A DNA stretch of 54,261 nt, counting the filler, from Streblomastix strix (lineage: Eukaryota): NCBI GenBank assembly GCA_008636045.1. It is 3 parts of 3 records of this genome, joined end to end, with 100 filler letters (N's around TTAATTAATTAA, not from the genome) between each part and the next. Parts side by side here need not be neighbours in the genome. Positions count along the whole stretch, not along the records: positions 1 to 18,026 come from SNRW01000646.1; 2 more parts are not named here. One strand, given 5' to 3'. Under the pieces are notes generated by a model that did not search any database, was not told the origin of the DNA, and worked only from the letters and a program-made list of their open reading frames with translations. Both the position numbers and the translations under genes were made by a program. Below are positions 1-9,928 of this stretch, piece after piece (the first letter of the stretch is position 1; each line of letters begins with the position of its first letter).

Positions 1-700
1 CATGGTGAAGTTGATGGAATTTGTTGATGGATTTGAACAAATAAAATTTTATTGAATTTTATTATATTCGGAAACCTAAAATTATTGGTGAATTCATTAG
101 TGAAATGAACATAAAATATATAATGTTTATAAATTCATTGATGAATTTATATATAAATTTGCTTATGAATTGGTTAGTAAAAATCGTTAGTGAATCCCGT
201 TAATAATTGAACATTTATAGATTGGGCATGTGCCCAGAGGGGATGGGCACTTAGGGTGGGCACTCACTTTATTATAGAAAATAGCTGCCAACATGCCAAT
301 CTGCCAATAGATGAGAAACATTGATGAAAACCGATGGATTTTAATTGAACGATTATAGATTTGCATGTGCCCAGAGGGGGTGGGCACTTAGGGTGGGCAC
401 TCACTTTATTATAAAAAATAGCTGCCAACATGCCAATCTGCCAATAGATGAGAAATATTGATGAAAACCAATGGATTTTAATTGAACGATTATAGATTTG
501 GCATGTGCCCAGAGGGGGTGGGCACTTAGGGTGAGCACTCATTTTATTATAGAAAATAGCTGCCAACATGTCAATCTGCAAATAGATGAGAAACATTTAT
601 ATATTTCTCATTGCTGGAACCAAAAATAAAGTCTATTGGCAGCTCAAACAGCCGCAAGCGGAGTTTTACGTCATAATGGTTATGACTTATCTTCATTGGT
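1..700 (+). repeat. Left terminal inverted repeat (partial)
   Basis: catggtgaagttgatggaatttgt... is the reverse complement of 16441-16464; similarity continues inward to ~700, pairing with ~16037. Confidence 0.93.
208..597 (+). repeat. Three tandem ~137-138 bp copies of a GTGCCC/GGGCAC + CCAA-box cassette inside the left TIR
   Basis: gcatgtgcccagagggg(a/g)tgggcac begins at 226, 363 and 501. Confidence 0.95.
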
Positions 701-1172
701 GCCTTTTTTCTCTGATTCGATGAAAAATTGATATACCCAAATAAGATTATTTGATTCAAATGATGTTCTTTTTCTCTTGCAATATTTACGTAATTTTAAT
801 ATAAATTATTTTTCACTTACATTTGAAGGACATTATTTTAAAATTTCATCATATTTCATACATTATTTTAATAATAATTAATGTTCTTAAAACCATTTAT
901 CTAAAGTTCTATCTTATTCTTCTATATTTAATTCAGATTCAACTATTTTATTTTCTTTATTTTTATTGTATAAATATTCTACTATTGTTTCGCACATCCT
1001 ATCAATATTTCCTTCAAAATATGACCATACTTATTCATTTTATACGAATTTTTATTTTAATATTTCATTTAATTATTTTTCAGATTCATTTATAAATTTA
1101 TTAGTCTCTAACAATGAATTCTTTTTCATGTATTAAATAAATAGTTCCACGTTCTATTTCAATACCTGCCAT
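644..1172 (-). pseudogene. Degenerate T5orf172/GIY-YIG-like protein with a C-terminal tail resembling that of the helicase
   Basis: MAGIEIERGTIYLIHEKEFIVRDQQIYK ... YFEGNIDRM matches the T5orf172 pattern (YL..E.EF.....IYK.G...YFEG). Stops and frameshifts present; ends ...TNEDKSQPL. Confidence 0.55.
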
Positions 1173-1220
1173 TTATTATACGATAAAAAATGAAAAAATA
1201 AAATAAAAATATTTATTATT

Positions 1221-1520
1221 TCAAATATTTAGGTCTACATTGATGATTTCATATTTTTTAATCAACTCGTTTATTGTTATCAAATCATTAATATCCACAA
1301 TTATTTTTTTAAGTTTTTTAATTATTAATAATTGCATATCATTAACTTTTGAAGCATAATTTGTTTAATTTTATTTATATCTTATTCTTGCATTTTTGCG
1401 TTGTTCTCTTGCAGCAATCGCAGCCTATTCTTTATCAATATATTTCTTTGGCCTTCCTTATTTCGCTGAGGCTGTTGATTCCGTTTATGTTGATTCATTA
1501 ACGGCTTGATTATCTGTCAT
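1221..1520 (-). CDS. Small basic 99-aa protein with AT-hook-like GRPKKY motif (conserved element gene)
   Basis: Intact ORF with TAR=Gln: MTDNQAVNEST...KQGRPKKYIDKEQAAIAAREQRKNARIRY; homologues at 48921 and 40593. Confidence 0.75.
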
Positions 1521-1569
1521 TTATTATAAAATAAAAAATTAAAAAATATATAAGTAAATTTTTATTATT

Positions 1570-2955
1570 TCATTTAAATAAAAACTCTGTAGCATAATAT
1601 TCTGGAATTAATTCTTTATTTTCAATAACATACTTACAATAATATGACGGTATTTTTATTATATTTATTTTATAAAAATGATTCAATAATCGACATAAAA
1701 CATTACCATTTACATATCGAATAAACTCCGCTAACTAATTAAAATTTTTTCTTTATTTCATAAATTTTTATTATGTTTTTTAGAAATCAAGATGTATTAA
1801 AATTATATTTCCAGCCTTAAAAGGTAATATGCCCTGCTATCGTTGTCTAGCTAATTGTCGCTCTAATTTCTTTATTTATGAACGTATATATTATCCTTCT
1901 AAATTTCTTGATAATTGAACTTAATATGGGCTATATTTATTTTGAAACGCAAGATGTGGTGTATTATTATATATACCAAAGACTATTTATATTTATTGAT
2001 TCGTTGAAAATTAATTAAATTTATTACCAAATGCGTTCCTTATTGTTCGAGTTACTGAATCGACTACTCGATTATGATTAGTGAATTTTGAATCAGTGAA
2101 ATATCCATTAATTTTATTCTATGAACAAAACAATGCAAAATACGAGCTATTAAATCCTTTCTCCCCATCTCCACGAATATTATTAACGTAATAATTTTTT
2201 TTAATAATTTTTGCAATTATCCGACTACTTATGCTGCTGATTTATCTATCAATAGATATACCACTAAATATTTTGTATTAATGTTTTCGCAAAATAGATA
2301 TAAATATGCTTTTCTTCGATGCTCTTTAGTATGCTCTCTTATTTCATCTTGTTCAAAGATAGCATCATCATATTCGTCATTATTTTCCTGCAAGTCTTAA
2401 TCGACTGAAAAGACTATGTCTAATTCCCAACTCCCTAACTTTGGAGAGAAGTAAGGTCGTTATAATCTTTATAATGGTTTTAATTTATAATCTTTCACTG
2501 GCAAATATTGATTGTTAGCATATTTATGATTATTTTTTTTCAAACAATTTTAATTTTGTTTTGAAAGGAAAATAGGATAAATTTTTCTCATCACCACCTT
2601 AAACGGGTTCGGATTATTGGCTGGATGTCTAATCCAATTATTTATTTTTCTATTTATTCTTTTATTTTACAGGTTCATATTACATTTAAACTGAAACATA
2701 ATAATAATACCAATCTGCTACCGTTCGCTTTCCAATAATTATTTCATCAGCTTTTTCTACCATTACATCAATATGTTTCTTTTTAGCAATTTTAAAGATA
2801 TTTTTTATGAACTCTGATAGAGTCATTTTATAATGAACTTTATATGCTTTATCATCGATATCTTATTATACTTCAAATTCATATTCTTCTCTTTAATATT
2901 ATTCACCTGCGAAAGTACGAAGTATCTCCTCATACAAACTATTTTCGTTTTGCAT
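1570..2955 (-). CDS. Retroviral-like (rve) integrase of the Polinton; two compensating homopolymer frameshifts (~2535, ~2200)
   Basis: RPYFSPKLGSWELD / NIRGDGEKGF / NHNRVVDSVTRTIR / YNNTPH motifs. Confidence 0.9.
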
Positions 2956-2987
2956 TTATTTCCTGCAAAAATAAAACAATTAAAGGC

Positions 2988-3090
2988 ATTAATGTTTCTT
3001 AATCATTGGCAGATTAGCATAATGGCAGCTATTTTCTATAATAAAGTGAGTGCCCAGTCAAAGTGCCCACCCCCTATGGGCACCTACCAA
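2988..3090 (-). promoter_or_regulatory. Internal copy of the TIR GGGCAC/CCAA cassette just upstream of the integrase ATG
   Basis: ttggcagattagcataatggcagctattttctataataaagtgagtgccc...gtgccc...gggcac is the reverse complement of the TIR unit. Regulatory role is inferred from position. Confidence 0.6.
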
Positions 3091-3119
3091 CTCATTAAAT
3101 ACTTAATTATTAACGCTTT

Positions 3120-6100
3120 TCATTGGGGCTCGATTATATAATTATCAGAACTCAATTATTATCCGTTAATGTAAAGGAATGGAGCACAGCATTGATTTTC
3201 AAGCACAACCATTTTATTATGAATCGATGATAAATCAACTTTATTTATTTATATTTTTGACATTAATTTATTTTTTTAACCGAGAATAATATTTTGAGCT
3301 TAAATTTATTCGCCTTTTAATGATTTTTTGAATGTTTCATCATTTAAATGAACATTTTATTTTTATATTATTCCTTTCAAACAATAATTATAATCCGTTT
3401 CATTTTCATTAGGTAGAGGATTATAAATGTAATGTATTTTTGGAGCTAAAGCAATACGTGCTGTTTCTTCTGCCTCATAACTGACTCCAAATAATTGTTT
3501 ATACTAACCGAAGAATAACGGGTAATTTTTATCGTAAAATTTCTGGTTTTTATGACATATTTAAATTTCTGTCTGTAATCCTCTTCTGGGTTGCTGCTGA
3601 TAGCCCATGTCATCGAATCGGTATCACCACAAATATAGTGCATCCTATTCATATCGAAAGCTTTATACATAAAATTATAGATAAAATTAATATACCAATA
3701 TTTGGAGTTGTCAAGAATGAAATACGCAGAATGGAGGCAGGTGTTGCAGTTGCAGCTTTCAGCATTAAATTACACAGCATATAAATCATCTGTTATTTGT
3801 TAGTCATTAACGAATGAACCTTAGATATGAGACAACCATGTTCTATCAGTGCTCAGCAATTTCGTTTGTGAATATTTTTCTTAATTCATTCCATCAATTC
3901 CATAGCTTGAGTTCATAGCTTATTTATAGAATTGTTTTTTTCCATCATTTTTTTCATTTATTGCCTAAATTCTTTGACTCATAAATTCATTAACAAATGG
4001 ATTGAATCTGTCATGCTTCGAGAATGTTATAACACATTAAATATCGTCAATAATAAAATGAAAGTCATCAATGAGAAGCCATAAATAATAATTATTGAAT
4101 GACATGAATTATCCATGAATCGATGATAAATTTGTTAATTTTCGCTCAATTTTATCATGCTACATATTATTTTTCAAAAGCAGATTATACTTGTATGACC
4201 CTAACGTTTTTTAATCTGTCTTAATATTTATATTTCTTAATATAGGAAGAAAATTAATGAAATCATTTATATGTTATTCGTCGATGTGTCCTTTAACAAC
4301 TGCGATAAATAAAGGAATTCCTTCAACGTCATTAAATCGCAGAGGATTATAAATTAAATTTCTTGCTGTTTATTTATCAGTAATTTTATCTAATAATTGC
4401 CCCGCCACGAACATACGGCCGCCTGTATATTTAATGAACTTATGCGGCTCTGAGCTCATAACGCTGGGATATTAACAATTGATATCAAACGTTAAAAGAT
4501 GGGTCATAATGTAGTCGGTGTCCTAACTAATGACCTTTCCATTAATAAATTTTAATTAATTTATTTTAGTTTCACCTGCAACATTATAGCGATGCATGAC
4601 TTGCGATAATCCTCCAGTTATACCAGAACGTAAAATTTAATAAACTTCTTCATCTGTTATCATCATTGGTAAATTTTTACAATAACATAAATTTTTTTAA
4701 TTATATTATTAATCTTGTTAAATTTTCATCTTTATTTGACTTAAATTTATTGCAGAATAAGCAGCACGGTTTCACGTTATCTGCAGAATGGCCCCTGTCG
4801 TTGTTGATTCTATCTAATGTTGGTGGGTTCTTGCTTGTGAATCGTGCCTTGCATATGTGGCATCCTGTCGATAAGAATATTTTTCTGTAGAACGCACAAT
4901 CTGATTCCTTGATGTTGTTGCTTGTATCTCTATTTCTTCTCTTATCTTATTCCAGATAATTTTAAACTTTAATGTTCCAATAATTTTAAGTAAGCACAAA
5001 TGAAGTATAATTATCTTTTGGCGTATAATCTTAATCCAGTTTGAAGTCCCAATAAGCAAGAACATATTTGATAGCATTAGCGCATGCAGACATCGATATA
5101 ATCTGCAACATGTCAATTTTATAATTAAAGAACATATCGATTAAGTAATCAAGGAGCTTAATCATTAGGCGGGTATCTTGTAGGTTGTAGTGTCGGAGGT
5201 AATCCCAACCATTCGAATAATTCTTAGCTACAGCCAAATAATTTAAATATTTCTCTTCACTTATATTTTTATTTTTAATTGTATTATTAAATGCTTCTTA
5301 GGGAAATGGTTAAGGATTATTTAATATTTCATTGAAATTTTCGTAGTTGATGAATTCATATGGAAACTTTAATTTTGTTGGAATTGCTTACGTTGTTTTT
5401 GGTGTGAAGTCTTTAATGAATTATTTAAATTTCATTTTTGTAGAATAAATCATCGCATCGATGAATCTTAATATAATTCCTGATATGTTATGTTTAACAA
5501 TGATTTATTTAACGTTTGAACCACTACCAAGTTATTTAATGATTTGCCATTCGTCGCTCTATAAATTTTTAAGAATTAGAGCAACATCGAACTTTGAAGT
5601 ATTGAATCCAATTAATGGCTCCTCGTAATGCTATGGTATCGTCTCATCTTCATATTTGTTTGAATCTATAACTTTTCTGGCATCCTTAAACAATTATTTA
5701 ATCCATACGTTTACAAAATTAGAGGTTCGTAAGTCAAAATAAATCGAATAAATGTAAGCGTCAGCAACTTCATCAGAACCAGAAACAGCAACTTCATCAA
5801 CTTTGATTTTTTTATTTTTTATTTTTATTGTGCATGCAATCGAAAGAGGTTCAAGTATTGAAATTTATTTTGAATTATCACCAAATTATTCATTGACGAT
5901 TCTTTCTACGGTTTCAATATTATAAGTTATATAATATTTAGTATGTTTAAATTCATCCTCTCGACCATGCGCCAGAAGATACTTATAGCTAATATTATTC
6001 AATATATGTGGAACGTATGGCCTTGGAAATTTTTCTAAATATACTTCCTTTATTATCTTTCCTCTATTTTTTTAATATTTTTATAAGTGCCTTTTTAGCT

Positions 6101-8051
6101 TAGATTATAAATTTGAGTCTCTGGTTTTATAAGCCTACACCCCACAGATAGGACAATATTTTAAACCAGTTAGTGCCTCAACATCATTTATATAAAAAAC
6201 ATGAGCTGTTTGTAGTTCGTTGATTGTGTCAGTAATTAAAAGAACATTAAAATCTTTAGTTTATTCATTCTGTTCGTTTCTTCTATATTGCTTCTATAAA
6301 TAATAACTGCTTGTGCAAGCCTGCTGATGCAGACTTCCTTAATTGGTTGCTGTTGAGGTTGCCGCTGTTTCTTCATAAGCGAACACATTAATATTTAAAT
6401 TTTTGTTCTAAATAAATTAATCAGCTTCTGTTGTAAAATTAAACCAAATATAATTATCATATATTTTCTTGCCATAGATTCTTTAAAATAATCGTTTAGC
6501 TTCAGCAATACGTGAATGTTCCATATAACGCTTAGCTGCAACTGAACCCTCTGCTTTAATGTCTGGCATCGTAATAAATGAATAAGCTAGAAAGAAACAT
6601 AAATTTTAATTATTTTTTTCGGGGTCAATATATCGAATCTCTCGCCTCATAATGTGCTTCTTTAATGATGGTATTGTTCGACCGCCACCAGCGCCAGCAT
6701 GTGGAAGTCTAAACACTTTAATCATTATTGAAAATATTCCAACTATTTTCTCTTTGATGTCCATGATGGGTTTCTCTTACATTTGAATAATGTGGTTTCT
6801 GATGAATCTTTTATAATCAGCTAAATCTAAGCGAGTGCGTATGGTTGTCGGTGCTCTCATCTCTGTTCTAGCTTCAAAGGGATGATTAATTTTATATGTT
6901 ATTTATTAATCGTTTTCATAGCCATCGACTCGTTCAATAATCACTCCAAAATTAAATGCAATTTTGAATGCAAATTTTTATTCTCGTTAATATTTTTCAT
7001 CTAAATAAGCATCGACATCTTCAATCGTTTTCAAATCATTTTTATAATATTCTTTTGTAGGGCTGATGGTATGAACATAAAATGATTCATATTTTACGTG
7101 TTAATTTTATAAATGTTTTCGCTCAAAATTTATTCTTCTATCATATTCTTATTCGAGTTGTGGCTCACATAATATAATCGTACTCTATAGGACGTTAAGA
7201 GCATCAATTGGCCTAAAATTCTTGCCCTTATTTTCTTCATTAAATTATTTTATTTCATCTTTTACATTTTTAAATACATCCTCGTTTTATTTTTATTTAA
7301 GGTTTATTTTTTATTCTTTAATTTCTTTTAATAATTTTGCATGTCTGGCTCGTTAATCTTCACCTATTTGCTCCCATTCTTGATTGCGCTGTTTGCTATA
7401 TTCGTCTTAAGCGTTCATTTGCTATTTGTTATTCTATTCTTGTATAAATTATTTAGCATAAGATTCACCGATAATTTATTCGTTTTGAAGGCCTTATTGA
7501 ATGTCCTATCTGATGCGTCTTGCAAATGGTTCTGATTATAATATTGCATTTCTAACAATATCTCTATTGTTTCTTCCGTGATTTAAACCGATTTTATCTA
7601 AAATTAATGAAAATTAAGATCTTAATTCGTTAATGTTTATTTTCTATTACATTAGGGTGTCATATAAAAACATTAATTCTCTTATAACATTTTGAGTTAG
7701 TTTTTTATGCCTTAAATCCATTTGATAATCCATCCGCCCTTCGTGAGCTTCGTCCTGTTGTTCGGATTTCAGTTCAGGCGATAACTGGTAATTATGTGCT
7801 TGCATTTATGTAATATAATTCTGCATTTATATCAATTATTATTGCCGTTGCTCCATTTATATTTCAGGCGATAGTTAATAATTACGTGCTTACATTTACG
7901 TAATATAGTCTTACATTTAAGTCATTTATTATTATGTTTATCTGGGCGATTGATGAGGAGGTAAATTTTATGGTAATAGCTCTGGTAATTCTTGAGGCAT
8001 AATCGGAGGCGTGCGTCGTCTTTATGAGTCTTTCCCATATTTATCTGTCAT
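3120..8051 (-). CDS. Protein-primed family B DNA polymerase (pPolB) with long N-terminal extension and inserted Endo VII/HNH domain; a few frameshifts (e.g. ~6445, ~3500)
   Basis: ExoII IGFNTSKFD, ExoIII YNLQDT, motif A FDINCQYPS, motif B KQAMNSSYG, motif C YICGDTDS; CHIC...LDRINNDRGHSADNVKPCCLFCN at ~4750-4870. Confidence 0.93.
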
Positions 8052-8181
8052 TTATTAAAAATAAAAATAAATAACAATTACATAAATAAATTGAATTATT
8101 GGATGGATTGAGAATATTGAAATCATCAATATTCTTCGTTATTGGCACGAAGAAATGGAACAGATAATAAATGACTTTTAG

Positions 8182-8279
8182 GTGTTCCGAGTGTTCCGAG
8201 TGTTCCGAGTGTTCCGAGTCAAAAACTTTTATAAAAAGCTGTGGCCAACTGGACAACTGGCCAATAATTGAGAAACATT
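8182..8279 (+). promoter_or_regulatory. (GTGTTCCGA)x4 iteron-like array followed by CCAA boxes, ~130 bp from the pPolB start
   Basis: Four perfect 9-bp repeats, then aaaagctgtggccaactggacaactggccaataattgagaaacatt, which resembles the second half of the TIR cassette; recurs at 47309. Confidence 0.55.
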
Positions 8280-8301
8280 AATAAAAAATAAATATTCTTA
8301 A

Positions 8302-9420
8302 TCATTGTCTGTTTTAAACGAACTTGTATTTAGCTAAATCGTAAACACCTATTTATTATAATTTATTTGTTAAAATTTGACCATAGTATTACATAGCTTA
8401 TCCAAGTGCTTCCTTAATTCTAGCATCAATATCATTGGCTTGATATAGTTGAGTAATAACTGCAGCTAATTCTTTCTTATACAATCTTTTAGCAGGTGGC
8501 AAAAATTCGTAATCTCCTTATTTTACATTAACTTTATTGCTTCGGTTATATATGTCTATTTTTCCGTCTTATCTTTTTAATATTTCTACTGCAGGAATAA
8601 TAAGAATTGAATTCCATGCAGATACCATTATTTGTTATTTGGTAGCCATTAGCAAATTTGCACCTCCATTTTGGTCTAAGAGTTTTTTGGCATTGAGGGT
8701 GAATGCTCTGAAACTAAAATCCTTTATTTCTCTTACTTTTTGCGGCTTAGTCATTGATAGCCATTTCATGTAAAGGCCGCCTTTTATACCTTATTGTTTT
8801 AATTTTGCAGCCAATGCAGCTCGTTCTAAATCATTAACATCTGAATATTATTATTTCTTCCAATTTCTTTTACGTAAATGTTCTGGGTCGCCAAATCCTA
8901 CTGCTGTTGTATAACCATCGACTGAATAAATTGCGTTCTTTTTCTTATCAAACACAACCACATTATCAGGAGTGGCTACATTATCATCTAAATCTTATTC
9001 CGAAACACTAAATTGTTTGCCTAAATGTTTATCATTTATGTATTGTTGAGCACTGACGGCAGATGATAACCTATTAATTTTCTTAATGTCTCTGTTTAAA
9101 TAACCAACGAGTGTAGCAAGAACATCACCCGCCTCTTATCTAAATTATGGGCCACCATGCTTTCTTGTTCTTTATATCATACTTGGATGGAACGGCAGCC
9201 TACCAAACGGTTTGGCTCTGGATTTCAATCTGTCTTATCTTGTAGCTTGTGATTCATAATAATCGTAATCATCTTCCATTCCATCAACTTCCATCATCCC
9301 ACCTGCACCACTACCACTTGCGCCTTAGCTTTTTTCAGCTTCAAATTCTCTCCTTGCGTTTCTATCTTCTTCATTAATTATTTACTAGATTTGTTATTCT
9401 GATAATGATGATGTCGCCAT
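8302..9420 (-). CDS. Intact 372-aa hypothetical Polinton protein, head-to-head with the ATPase
   Basis: Open from ATG 9420 to TGA 8302 with TAR=Gln; contains DLDDNVATPDNVVVFD...YSVDGY. Confidence 0.75.
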
Positions 9421-9460
9421 TCTATTTATAATCGATAAAAAAAAGTTTTATATAATAAAA

Positions 9461-9795
9461 ATGGCGAGTTTAACATAAAAAGTCGATAATATGTTAAAAG
9501 AAATAATAGTGAATAAGCACGAAATTTAAACAATTATTCATAAAGAGTTAAATTTTACATATAATTCTGTAAATTTATTGATAGGTTAGCGCGGCAGTGG
9601 CAAGACATACAACGTCTTCAAAGAGCTAATAAAATTAAGTTAATTAAAAAAACATTGTTATACTTTATTCATTTACGTCAGCGATTCAAATAATGACACC
9701 ACTTATAAAAAGATGAAGGATTTAATTAAAATTCCAACTAAAATTATTCCATATGCCGAAGCGGATTAAGTGCTAAATGATTTGATATATGCGTA
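9461..9795 (+). pseudogene. A32/FtsK-like genome packaging ATPase, N-terminal part only
   Basis: VNLLIGQRGSGKTYNVFKELI (Walker A) and YVSDSNNDTTY; no Walker B before the sequence switches at ~9795. Confidence 0.8.
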
Positions 9796-9861
9796 TAACT
9801 CTGGGAAGTCAGATAGACCAGCAGCATATAATAATCTTTCATCGATATAAACGTTTGACAT
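9790..9861 (-). pseudogene. 5' stub of a deleted gene (candidate major capsid protein)
   Basis: MSNVYIDERLLYAAGLSDFPELY begins right after the fibre gene and collides with the truncated ATPase. Identity is inference only. Confidence 0.3.
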
Positions 9862-9928
9862 ATATATTCAATAAAAATAAATTATTAATCCAAATAATTT
9901 CAATCAATTATAAACAGAAGCATTATTT

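Noticed and set aside
208..597. Possible CRISPR-like array
   Set aside because: Whole 137-138 bp units repeat, with no unique spacers and no cas genes; eukaryotic context.
187..759. Supplied ORFs over the TIR tandem repeats (and most other short ORFs in the track)
   Set aside because: They were computed with TAA/TAG as stops; most are antisense or partial frames of TAR=Gln genes or lie in non-coding repeats.
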